Assembly: GCA_050049995.1 (NCBI GenBank)
Contig: JASFVE010000012.1
Coordinates: 1 to 31,704 of the forward strand
Source: Chlamydiota bacterium
GTDB lineage: Bacteria; Chlamydiota; Chlamydiia; Chlamydiales; SM23-39
Direction of reading: 5' to 3'
DNA: 31,704 bases
The position numbers and the translations under genes are program-made. Positions 10,479 to 18,668 of the stretch are shown here, piece after piece; position 1 is the stretch's first letter; the number at the start of each line of letters is the position of its first letter. The notes below the pieces were generated by a model. The model searched no databases. It had not been told where the DNA came from and saw only the letters and a program-made list of their open reading frames with translations.

Positions 10479-11792
10479 ATGATTATCGCAATTGATGGAC
10501 CAGCAGGGACGGGAAAGTCTACTGTAGCTAAATCTTTAGCAAAGCGGCTTAACTTTTTTTACTTTGATACTGGGGCAATGTATCGTGCTTTTTCACTATT
10601 ATGCCTAAATCAAGCAATTGATATTGATAATGAGGAGCAAGTAAAAAAACTATTAGAAAATTTTAATTATGATATTAAAGACTTGAATGGAGAAAAGCAT
10701 TACTTCCTTAACAAAGAGGATGTTACGCAGAACATTCGAACGCCTGAAGTTACATCTATTGTTTCAAAAATTGCATCTTATCCCTTTTTAAGAAAAGAAC
10801 TGGTAAAGATTCAAAGAAAATTTGGCGAAAAAGAAGATGCAGTATTCGAGGGAAGAGATATGGGAACAGTTGTCTTTCCTAATGCTGAGGTAAAAATATT
10901 TCTTACAGCAAATCCTGAAGTTAGAGCTGAAAGAAGGTATAAGGAATTTCAAGAAAAATTTCCTGAAAAATCTTCTACATTATCATTAGATCAAATTTTA
11001 GAGGATATTCAGCAAAGAGATCATACCGATACAACAAGAGAAGTATCTCCTCTTAAACAGGCAAGTGATGCTCACTTAATAGACACAAGTCAAATTTCTG
11101 CAAACGAAGTGGTTGATTGCATTATTTTAGAAGTTCAAAATGTAAAAAAAAAACTTAAGCGCTCTTTGTTTTACAAGGCTATTCGCTTCGTTGCTAAGTG
11201 TTTTTTCAAACTTTTTTTTAGGATAAAAGTATACGGAACTGAAAATATTCCCAAAAGATCATGCATTATTGCTTCTAATCATGCTTCTTTTTTTGATCCT
11301 CCATTAATAGCAGTTTCTTGTCCTTATGAAATTCATTTCTTAGCCAGATCTTCGCTCTTCAAAAATAGGATGTTTTCTTGGTTTATTAAAAAACTTAATG
11401 CTCACCCAATTGGAATGAAAGCAAATGATAGAAAAACTTTTAAGGTAATTTTTTCTATTTTAAAGAAAAATCAAAAGTTATTAATTTTTCCAGAAGGAGC
11501 AAGGTCTAAAAAGGGAGAATTAACTCCCATTAAATCTGGTATTGGTTTTATTGCTTTAAAAAGTGGAGCCTCTATCGTGCCGACATATGTTGATGGAACA
11601 TATGAAGCTTGGCCCAGAAATAAAAAGTTCCCTTCTTTTTTTCAGAAAATTTCCTGTATATTTGGACCTCCTATTTCTATGGAAGATTATAAACACTTAG
11701 AAAAAGAGGAAGCCATTCAGGCAGTTGTTGAAAAAACAGAAAAATCAATTAAAGAGTTACAACAGCATTTTAAAAATAAAATTAAAAAGTAG
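10479..11792 (+). CDS. cmk: Fused cytidylate kinase / 1-acyl-sn-glycerol-3-phosphate acyltransferase (Cmk-PlsC)
   Basis: N-terminal half: IAIDGPAGTGKST, DTGAMYR, EGRDMGTVVFPNA and RDHTD. C-terminal half: NHASFFDP and FPEGAR acyltransferase motifs. One uninterrupted frame. Confidence 0.93.
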   Translation: MIIAIDGPAGTGKSTVAKSLAKRLNFFYFDTGAMYRAFSLLCLNQAIDIDNEEQVKKLLENFNYDIKDLNGEKHYFLNKEDVTQNIRTPEVTSIVSKIASYPFLRKELVKIQRKFGEKEDAVFEGRDMGTVVFPNAEVKIFLTANPEVRAERRYKEFQEKFPEKSSTLSLDQILEDIQQRDHTDTTREVSPLKQASDAHLIDTSQISANEVVDCIILEVQNVKKKLKRSLFYKAIRFVAKCFFKLFFRIKVYGTENIPKRSCIIASNHASFFDPPLIAVSCPYEIHFLARSSLFKNRMFSWFIKKLNAHPIGMKANDRKTFKVIFSILKKNQKLLIFPEGARSKKGELTPIKSGIGFIALKSGASIVPTYVDGTYEAWPRNKKFPSFFQKISCIFGPPISMEDYKHLEKEEAIQAVVEKTEKSIKELQQHFKNKIKK

Positions 11793-11857
11793 TTAGAATG
11801 CAAGAACCATATATAAGATCCAATAAACTTTTCTAGTAGATATAAAGGATAAGGCGC

Positions 11858-11886
11858 TTGTTGTTTTAGATATCATGTGCTATTTT
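11858..11886 (+). promoter_or_regulatory. Candidate extended -10 promoter upstream of the trxA leader
   Basis: TTGTTG-N17-TATTTT with TG at 11878-11879. The predicted start (~11892) coincides with the 5' end of a predicted RNA structure. Confidence 0.4.
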
Positions 11887-11890
11887 TTTA

Positions 11891-12047
11891 GTAGGTTTTT
11901 GAAGTTTCTGACGAATAAATGATAAAAATCATTTCAGTGAAACTTGGAGCTGCATAAAAGAAAGTCATGAATGGTTGCAGACAAGCCTATGGGGTTCATT
12001 TTCTTTAAGGAAGATGAAGATCTCAAAAGACCAACCTTATTAAGGAG
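11891..12047 (+). ncRNA. Candidate structured 5' leader or small RNA upstream of trxA (no known family recognised)
   Basis: Several nested inverted repeats found by eye (see findings). No folding computation was run. Confidence 0.35.
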
Positions 12048-12054
12048 ATAAAAA

Positions 12055-12381
12055 ATGACAGACAAATCATTGATCAAAAAGCTTACAGACGATTCTTTTT
12101 CTAAAGAAATTGAATCTGGCATTACTTTAGTAGATTTTTATGCTGAATGGTGTGGCCCATGCAGAATGATGTCACCAATTTTAGAGCAAGTCGCAAGTGA
12201 AACTCAAGGCATGGCTGTCATAGGTAAGCTAGATATTGACAGTGAGCAGAAAACAGCTGGACAGTTTCAAGTTACATCTGTTCCAACCCTGATCTTATTT
12301 AAAGATGGTAAGGAAGTGAATCGCTTGGTTGGGCTAAGAGATGCTGATGCTATTAAAGAGTTTATTGAATCTGCAAAATGA
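12055..12381 (+). CDS. trxA: Thioredoxin
   Basis: DFYAEWCGPC active site, cis-Pro motif SVPTL, 108 aa. Shine-Dalgarno AAGGAG at 12042-12047. Confidence 0.98.
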   Translation: MTDKSLIKKLTDDSFSKEIESGITLVDFYAEWCGPCRMMSPILEQVASETQGMAVIGKLDIDSEQKTAGQFQVTSVPTLILFKDGKEVNRLVGLRDADAIKEFIESAK

Positions 12382-12587
12382 TAATTAGATGGGTCTATAC
12401 GACCCTTTTACTTTCGCTTATTATAGGCATCTTATTGTATTTACAAATTCAAATGCCCTGGTTTTTGGCTTGGTTTGGTACTTTGCCTGGAGATTTGATT
12501 TTGTCTGATAAAAATATTACTTTTTTTCTCCCTTTGACATCTGCCGGCGTTATCAGTACAGTTTGGTGCCTTCTGGTTAAGAAATAA
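12378..12587 (+). CDS. Small membrane protein, DUF2905-like
   Basis: 69 aa with two hydrophobic segments and the G.LPGD...F.LPLTS pattern typical of DUF2905. ATGA overlap with trxA. Confidence 0.7.
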   Translation: MIIRWVYTTLLLSLIIGILLYLQIQMPWFLAWFGTLPGDLILSDKNITFFLPLTSAGVISTVWCLLVKK

Positions 12588-13029
12588 AATTGAAGTTCTG
12601 CTGCCTTAGGGCTTCATAGGTTGCTATAGCTACAGTATTTGAAAGGTTTAAACACCTTGGCCTTTTCATAGGTAGGGTAACAAAATTATCCGGCCATCTT
12701 TCAAAATACTCTTTAGGTAGGCCTGAAGTTTCTGATCCAAAAATTAAAAAACTATTAGCTGGGTAGTTTACTTCAGTGTAGCTTTTTGTGGCTTTGCTAG
12801 AAAAAAAATAAAAAGGATTAGGGTGTTTATCTAAATAATCTGGCAAAGAATCAATCAGCTCAATTTCACTATTTTTGTAATAGTCCAAACCAGCTCTTTT
12901 CATTTGTTTATCTGATATGGAAAAACCTAAAGGTTCTACTAGTGCTAAAGATACTCCTGTAATAAAACAAGTTCTGATTACATTGCCTGTATTGGATGGA
13001 ATTTCAGGTTGATATAAGATGACTTTCAT
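12577..13029 (-). CDS. trmL: tRNA (cytidine/uridine-34-2'-O)-methyltransferase, SPOUT family
   Basis: PEIPSNTGNVIR, RAGLDY, FGSETSGLP, LNLSN and YEALRQ. Confidence 0.95.
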   Translation of the reverse strand: MKVILYQPEIPSNTGNVIRTCFITGVSLALVEPLGFSISDKQMKRAGLDYYKNSEIELIDSLPDYLDKHPNPFYFFSSKATKSYTEVNYPANSFLIFGSETSGLPKEYFERWPDNFVTLPMKRPRCLNLSNTVAIATYEALRQQNFNFIS

Positions 13030-13721
13030 CGGATGCCTTTTTTTAAGTCAGGGGACTCAGAGATAAACTTATCTGGTTTATTTAAACCATTTGTTTTTAC
13101 TATTTCCACTTCGAATACCAAAAGGGAATTTGGCTCTGTTAAGTGGTCTTTTCCGTAGCCTAAAGTAGGGTGAATAAAAAGAAGTCTTTTTTCACCTTCT
13201 TTCATGCCTAAAACGCCTTTTTTGAAGCCAGCGATAGTTTCACTCAACTCAATAATCTCAGGTTCCATCGTTTGGCCAAAAACTGAGCCATTTAGGTATT
13301 TTCCAGTGTATTTTATAAGTGGGGCGTCAGATAGTTGAACTTGCGATCCTTTTCCTTCTTTTAATATTTTATATTGGAGTTTTTTAGTTTCAATTTCGAC
13401 AATATCTTCTTTTTCAGCGTTTTCAGATAAAAACTTGTCAGCTTCTACTAAATTACATTCTGACTGTCTCTCAAAGAGTTTGTCTTGAAGTTCTGAGATA
13501 GCTGCGATACATTCATCATCAGTCATAGGAGAGTCGTCTCCCTTTTTTTCTCCTTGGAGGCCCTTAACAACTAAGTCTAAATCAACTTGTACCCCTAAAG
13601 ATTCTAAATATTTTCCTATGCGGTGTCCAAGAGCTTCTGAAATTGCATTAACATTATCTGTTTGATCGCAAAAAGCTGTAGAAAACAGTATTAGAGCTGA
13701 AAAGTAAACATATCGAAGCAT
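13026..13721 (-). CDS. mip: FKBP-type peptidyl-prolyl cis-trans isomerase (Mip/FkpA-like)
   Basis: Signal peptide, helical dimerisation region, LQYKILKEGKG, GMKEGEKR, HPTLGYG and PNSLLVFEVE. Lies directly downstream of aspS. Confidence 0.9.
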   Translation of the reverse strand: MLRYVYFSALILFSTAFCDQTDNVNAISEALGHRIGKYLESLGVQVDLDLVVKGLQGEKKGDDSPMTDDECIAAISELQDKLFERQSECNLVEADKFLSENAEKEDIVEIETKKLQYKILKEGKGSQVQLSDAPLIKYTGKYLNGSVFGQTMEPEIIELSETIAGFKKGVLGMKEGEKRLLFIHPTLGYGKDHLTEPNSLLVFEVEIVKTNGLNKPDKFISESPDLKKGIR

Positions 13722-13753
13722 ATAAAAAACTCCGTTTTTAAATTAAAAATAAA

Positions 13754-15547
13754 CTAGTTCCAATGTATTTCTGTAGCCTCAGACTTTATCTTGAGTTCAG
13801 CAAGGTGTCCTTTAAGAGGTTCTGAGGGTGCTTGCATCATTAAATCGCTAGCTTTCTGCGTTTTAGGAAAGGCGATTACATCTCTAATATTTTCGGTTTT
13901 ACAAAGCAACATTATTAGTCGATCTAATCCAAATGCAATGCCCAAATGCGGTGGCGTCCCATACTTCAAAGCTTCTATAAAAAATCCAAATTTTTCATCA
14001 ATGTCTTTAGCTTCTAACTTAAGAGCATTAAAAACTTTTTCTTGAATTTCTTGGTCATGAATCCTTTGTGAACCACCAGCGAGTTCATATCCATTTACAA
14101 CAAGGTCATATGCAAGGGATCTGACTTGAAGAGGGTTTGTTTCAAGGAGAGAAATATCTTCATGATTAGGCTGTGTGAAAGGATGGTGTTCAGCTTTGAG
14201 TTCGTTGGTTGTTTCATCTTTGGAAAACATGGGAAAATTTGTAACCCATAAAAATCTATAGGATGACTTATCTATTAATCCTTGCTTTTTTGCTATATGC
14301 CTTCTTAAATGATCCATTCCTTGATTGACAATAGTGTCTTTTTCAGCAGCAATTAAAATAAGGTCATTATTTTCAGCGTTCATTCTTTTTTCTAGTTTCT
14401 GTAGAAGATCCACACTAAAGAATTTCACAATATTAGAAGAAAATCCTTCTTGTGTTTTTTTCATCCAAGCAAGTCCTCTAAGATTAAAAGGGGAGACAAA
14501 TGAAACAAACTCATCGATTTCTCTTCTGGAGAAATCTGCTCCATTCTTAACGCATATTGCTTTGACACAACCGTTATTTTGAAGATAGTCTTTTAAAAGA
14601 TCAAAGTTAGAAGCCTCAATAATATCATCTAAACGGACGAGAGGCATTTGGAAGCGAAGGTCTGGTTTGTCGGTGCCATATCTTTCGATACATTCGCTAT
14701 GAGTCATTCTTGGAAAAGGAGTTGAAATGTCAATATCCAAGCATTCTTTAAAGATCTTTGTCAGCATTGTTTCACAAAGACTGTAAATATCTTCAGAATC
14801 CAGAAAGCTTGCTTCAATGTCAATTTGAGTAAATTCAGGTTGCCGGTCAGATCTCAAGTCCTCATCTCGAAAACAAGGCGCTACTTGGTAGTATCTATCA
14901 ACACCTGAGACCATTAACAACTGCTTAAAAATTTGAGGTGATTGTGGCAGTGCATAAAAGTTTCCTGGGTAAATTCGAGAGGGGACGAGATAATCTCGAG
15001 CGCCTTCAGGTGTAGACTTTGCTAAAATAGGGGTGCTTACTTCTAAGAAACTATGAGAGTTTAAGAAGTTGCGAATAACATGCAAAGCCTTATGGCGAAT
15101 CTCTAAATTGTGAATGATTTGCCCACGTCTAATGTCTAAATAACGATGCTTTAATCTAAGTTCTTCATGAACATCAATAGTATCATCACAAATAGAAAAA
15201 GGAGGTGTTTTAGCAACTGAAATTATATTTAGGGATTCTACATTTACCTCGATTTCACCTGTAGCTAGTTTAGGGTTAATAAGGTTTTCACCACGATGTG
15301 ATACAGTTCCTGAAACAGAAATTACCCACTCAGATCGAAGCTTGGATGCTTCTTTATGTAGCGTCTCAGAAATTTTAGGGTCAAAAACAAGCTGAACTAT
15401 TCCGTATCTATCTCTTAGATCAATAAAAATTAAGCCACCATGATCTCTTCTTCTATTTACCCATCCTGAAAGATTTATTTTTTTGTCGATATCAGTTTTT
15501 CTTAAAGATCCGCAATCATGTGTACGTTTGTACTGTGGGGTGCTCAT
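13754..15547 (-). CDS. aspS: Aspartate--tRNA ligase
   Basis: RTHDCG, RDHGGLIFIDLRD, STPEGARDYLVP, LPQSPQIFKQLLM, FRDEDLRSDRQPEF and GTPPHLGIAFGLDR. Confidence 0.99.
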   Translation of the reverse strand: MSTPQYKRTHDCGSLRKTDIDKKINLSGWVNRRRDHGGLIFIDLRDRYGIVQLVFDPKISETLHKEASKLRSEWVISVSGTVSHRGENLINPKLATGEIEVNVESLNIISVAKTPPFSICDDTIDVHEELRLKHRYLDIRRGQIIHNLEIRHKALHVIRNFLNSHSFLEVSTPILAKSTPEGARDYLVPSRIYPGNFYALPQSPQIFKQLLMVSGVDRYYQVAPCFRDEDLRSDRQPEFTQIDIEASFLDSEDIYSLCETMLTKIFKECLDIDISTPFPRMTHSECIERYGTDKPDLRFQMPLVRLDDIIEASNFDLLKDYLQNNGCVKAICVKNGADFSRREIDEFVSFVSPFNLRGLAWMKKTQEGFSSNIVKFFSVDLLQKLEKRMNAENNDLILIAAEKDTIVNQGMDHLRRHIAKKQGLIDKSSYRFLWVTNFPMFSKDETTNELKAEHHPFTQPNHEDISLLETNPLQVRSLAYDLVVNGYELAGGSQRIHDQEIQEKVFNALKLEAKDIDEKFGFFIEALKYGTPPHLGIAFGLDRLIMLLCKTENIRDVIAFPKTQKASDLMMQAPSEPLKGHLAELKIKSEATEIHWN

Positions 15548-16832
15548 TTTTACTCCATAAATGTAAAAGCGTTTGAAAAAGATTAGCTAAAGTAATTTTA
15601 TTTTCTTTTCTATCAATCATGTGCTTTAAGCATACTTGATTAGAAGCGATTTCATTATCTCCAATGACAACAGCGTATTGCGCCATTAGTTGATTTGCTT
15701 TTTTAAGTCCTTCTTGAACTTTTTTAGTATTAAAAGACATTTCGCATGGTAGATGTGCATGACGTAATTTTGTTAGTAAAGTAAAGCAAAACTCGTTAGC
15801 CCTATCACCCAAAGCAATAAAATAAACAAATGGATTAGACAACTTAGGAAATGGAACATTTTGTCTAAGCATTACTTGAAGCACTCTTTCAATACCGCAA
15901 CCAAAGCCTATTCCTGGAAGAGATGGACCGCCAAATACTGAAGTAAACCCATCATACCTTCCTCCAGCTCCAATAGTGCTTTGCGCTCCAAGTTCTTTGG
16001 TAGTGATTTCAAATACAGTTCTGTTGTAGTAGTCGAGGCCTCTTACAATTTTGGGGTTAATTTCGAAGGGAACATTTATTTTTCCAAGAAGGTGACATAC
16101 TCCGTCAAAATGCTTTTTTGCATCATCTGATAAATAATCTAGAATTGAAGGCGCGTTTTGTAAAATTTCTTGATCTTTTGGGTCTTTAGAATCAAAGATG
16201 CGCAAGATGTTTTTTTTAAATCTAACTTTGCTTTCTTCAGATAAACTATCGAAGTGAGGGGTTAAGAACTCTGAAAGAACTTTTTTAAAAGACTCTCGAC
16301 ATCCTGGATCCCCAATTGAATTGAGGTGTAAAGTAAGATTTTTCAATCCAAGTCGTTTATAAAGCTCCCATAGCATGTCAATTATTTCAACATCCTGCTC
16401 AAAACTCGCGTTTCCAATTGCTTCTACGCCAAATTGATGGTGCTGTCTATACCTGCCGGCTTGTGGTCTTTCGTATCTAAACATCGGGGCTATGTAGAAA
16501 AGCTTATTTATTTTTGAATAAGTATACAGGCTCCTTTCTACAAAAGCTCTCATCACGGATGATGTGCCTTCAGGTCTAAGAGCTAAAGATCTTTTTGCCT
16601 TATCCTCAAATACATACATTTCTTTACTGACAATGTCAGTAGCTTCACCCACTCCTCGATCGAATAGTTCAGCTTTTTCGAAAACAGGTGTCCTGATTTC
16701 CTGAAAAGCATAGTCTCTAGCTATTTTTCGCATGACTGTTTCAACGTGTTGCCAATATTCTGACAAACGCCAATTTTCCACAGCATTATAAGGTAGGATG
16801 TCAAATAGACCTTTAGGAATTTGAAATTTCAT
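15516..16832 (-). CDS. hisS: Histidine--tRNA ligase
   Basis: DIVSKEMY, LRPEGT, FRYERPQAGRYRQ, VRGLDYY, GGRYD and GFGCGIER. 32-nt overlap with aspS. Confidence 0.99.
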   Translation of the reverse strand: MKFQIPKGLFDILPYNAVENWRLSEYWQHVETVMRKIARDYAFQEIRTPVFEKAELFDRGVGEATDIVSKEMYVFEDKAKRSLALRPEGTSSVMRAFVERSLYTYSKINKLFYIAPMFRYERPQAGRYRQHHQFGVEAIGNASFEQDVEIIDMLWELYKRLGLKNLTLHLNSIGDPGCRESFKKVLSEFLTPHFDSLSEESKVRFKKNILRIFDSKDPKDQEILQNAPSILDYLSDDAKKHFDGVCHLLGKINVPFEINPKIVRGLDYYNRTVFEITTKELGAQSTIGAGGRYDGFTSVFGGPSLPGIGFGCGIERVLQVMLRQNVPFPKLSNPFVYFIALGDRANEFCFTLLTKLRHAHLPCEMSFNTKKVQEGLKKANQLMAQYAVVIGDNEIASNQVCLKHMIDRKENKITLANLFQTLLHLWSKNEHPTVQTYT

Positions 16833-17171
16833 ATTAATAACCTAGGTCGATTATAAGAAAAGATAAGATTTATGGCTCGAACATCTTTAAACATATGTGA
16901 ATAAGAATGCAACGATAAAAACATCGAAGTAAAAATTTAAAACCAAGTATTAAAAAATAAACTTACAATATAACAACTAAATGTTTTTAAAATTTAAATG
17001 TAAATAAAATATTTACATTATTTTTTTGTTTAATAATTTTTTATAGAAATGTATGTGTTATTTCTTTAGAGAGTTTAATAAGGGTGTTTATTATAAATAA
17101 TGAGCTTAATTTATTATTTAAATAATTTTACTTTTGTTTAAAATAATTATTTTTACAACAAGTCAATTAAA

Positions 17172-17200
17172 TTGACAATTTTTGTTGCTAAAGATAAAAT
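17172..17200 (+). promoter_or_regulatory. Near-consensus sigma66/sigma70 promoter for uhpC
   Basis: TTGACA-N17-TAAAAT about 70 nt upstream of the GTG start. SD-like GAGGTG precedes the start codon. Confidence 0.7.
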
Positions 17201-17270
17201 TATTGTTCTTTTAAAAAAAAATAAAACATGCTATTTGCATCTGCAAAATATTAATTTCATGAGGTGAACA

Positions 17271-18602
17271 GTGAGTGTACGCGACATATTGCGACCGGCT
17301 CCAGTTAAAGACGAGATAAAAGATAAAACCCTAGTTAAAGAGAAATACCGCTATTGGCGTTTTAGAACGTTTTATGCGATGTATATTGGGTATGCATTTT
17401 ATTACTTTACTCGTAAAAGTTTCACTTTTGCTATCCCTGCTTTAAAAGAACACTTCCATATGGATATGTCCCAATTAGGAATGTTAAGTAGTATTTTATC
17501 TATTACTTATGGGGTTAGCAAGTTTGTTAGTGGAATAATAGGCGATAAATCAAACCCTCGCTATTTTATGTCTATTGGGCTGATTCTTACAGGTGTTTTT
17601 AATATTTGTTTTGGTCTTTCGTCTTCTTTAATATTTTTTGCAATATTTTGGGGGTTAAATGGATGGTTTCAAGGTTGGGGGTGGCCCGGCTGTGCTAAAC
17701 TACTTACCCACTGGTATTCACATTCAGAAAGAGGTAGATGGTGGAGTCTTTGGAATACTTCTCATAACCTAGGTGGGGCTTTAATTCCAATCGTTGCTGC
17801 CTTTTTTGTGCAATATTATGGTTGGAGATATGCGCTTTTTGTTCCAGGGGGGATATGTATTCTAGTTGGACTTTTTCTGCTAAACCGCCTGAGAGACACC
17901 CCAAGGTCTTTAGGATTGCCCAAAATAGAAGAATTTAAAAACGATTTTCCTGACTCTTCTTCTGCTAAGCAAGAAAAGGAAAATCTCACCGTAAAGGAAA
18001 TTCTTTTTAAATATGTCCTTTATAATCCTTATATTTGGATATTAGCTGTTTCTTACTTCTTTGTTTACATTATTAGAACGGCTATTAATGACTGGAGTTT
18101 ACTTTACCTAGTTGAGCATAAGGGATATTCTTATCTTAGTGCAGGTGCTTGTGTGTGCTGGTTTGAGGTAGGTGGATTTTTTGGTTCCTTAGCAGCTGGA
18201 TGGGCATCTGATAAAATCTTTTCTGGGAAAAGGAATCCTGTTAACGTGATTTTTTCTATTCTAGTAGTTTTGGCAGTTGCAGCTCTTTGGCTCTCTCCAG
18301 GGGTTGCAGTTTTAAGAGACTCTTTTCTTATGTTTATCATTGGCTTTTTAATTTTTGGTCCTCAAATGCTTATAGGAATGGCTGCAGCTGAACTTTCACA
18401 TAAAAAAGCCGCAGCTACTGCTACAGGTTTTGCTGGATGCTTTGCCTATTTAGGAGCTGCCGCTGCTGGAGGGCCGCTTGGTGCTATCACAAATGCATGG
18501 GGATGGGGAGGCTTTTTTGTTATTTTAGGCATTTGCGGTCTTGTTGCCTCACTTTTACTTCTTCCTCTTTGGTCTGTGAAGATAAATCCAAAGGAAGCAT
18601 AA
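17271..18602 (+). CDS. uhpC: MFS hexose-phosphate transporter (OPA family, UhpC-like)
   Basis: YYFTRKSF, YGVSKFVSG, NGWFQGWGWP, ERGRWWSLWNTSHNLGG, IRTAINDW and GPQMLIGMAAAE. Confidence 0.93.
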   Translation: MSVRDILRPAPVKDEIKDKTLVKEKYRYWRFRTFYAMYIGYAFYYFTRKSFTFAIPALKEHFHMDMSQLGMLSSILSITYGVSKFVSGIIGDKSNPRYFMSIGLILTGVFNICFGLSSSLIFFAIFWGLNGWFQGWGWPGCAKLLTHWYSHSERGRWWSLWNTSHNLGGALIPIVAAFFVQYYGWRYALFVPGGICILVGLFLLNRLRDTPRSLGLPKIEEFKNDFPDSSSAKQEKENLTVKEILFKYVLYNPYIWILAVSYFFVYIIRTAINDWSLLYLVEHKGYSYLSAGACVCWFEVGGFFGSLAAGWASDKIFSGKRNPVNVIFSILVVLAVAALWLSPGVAVLRDSFLMFIIGFLIFGPQMLIGMAAAELSHKKAAATATGFAGCFAYLGAAAAGGPLGAITNAWGWGGFFVILGICGLVASLLLLPLWSVKINPKEA

Positions 18603-18668
18603 ATTTTGAGTTTGTATTAACCCTTTTCCTTGCTAGGATGTATCTCAAAAAAATGAGATACATCTTAT

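Noticed and set aside
11934..12122. 62-aa ORF on the - strand
   Set aside because: Antisense to trxA and its leader, with no coding evidence.
13100..13330. Mip FKBP domain lacks the canonical FDSS Asp (VFGQT) and has Phe in place of Trp
   Set aside because: As I recall, chlamydial Mip proteins are similarly divergent at these positions, so this is not evidence of pseudogenisation or novelty.
13791..14582. ORFs 13791-14045 and 14325-14582 on the + strand
   Set aside because: Antisense shadows of aspS.
16833..17270. Possible replication origin (AT-rich tract plus TTATTCACA on the minus strand at 16896-16904)
   Set aside because: Only one DnaA-box match, no box cluster and no origin-associated genes nearby. 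A genome-wide GC-skew analysis would be needed.
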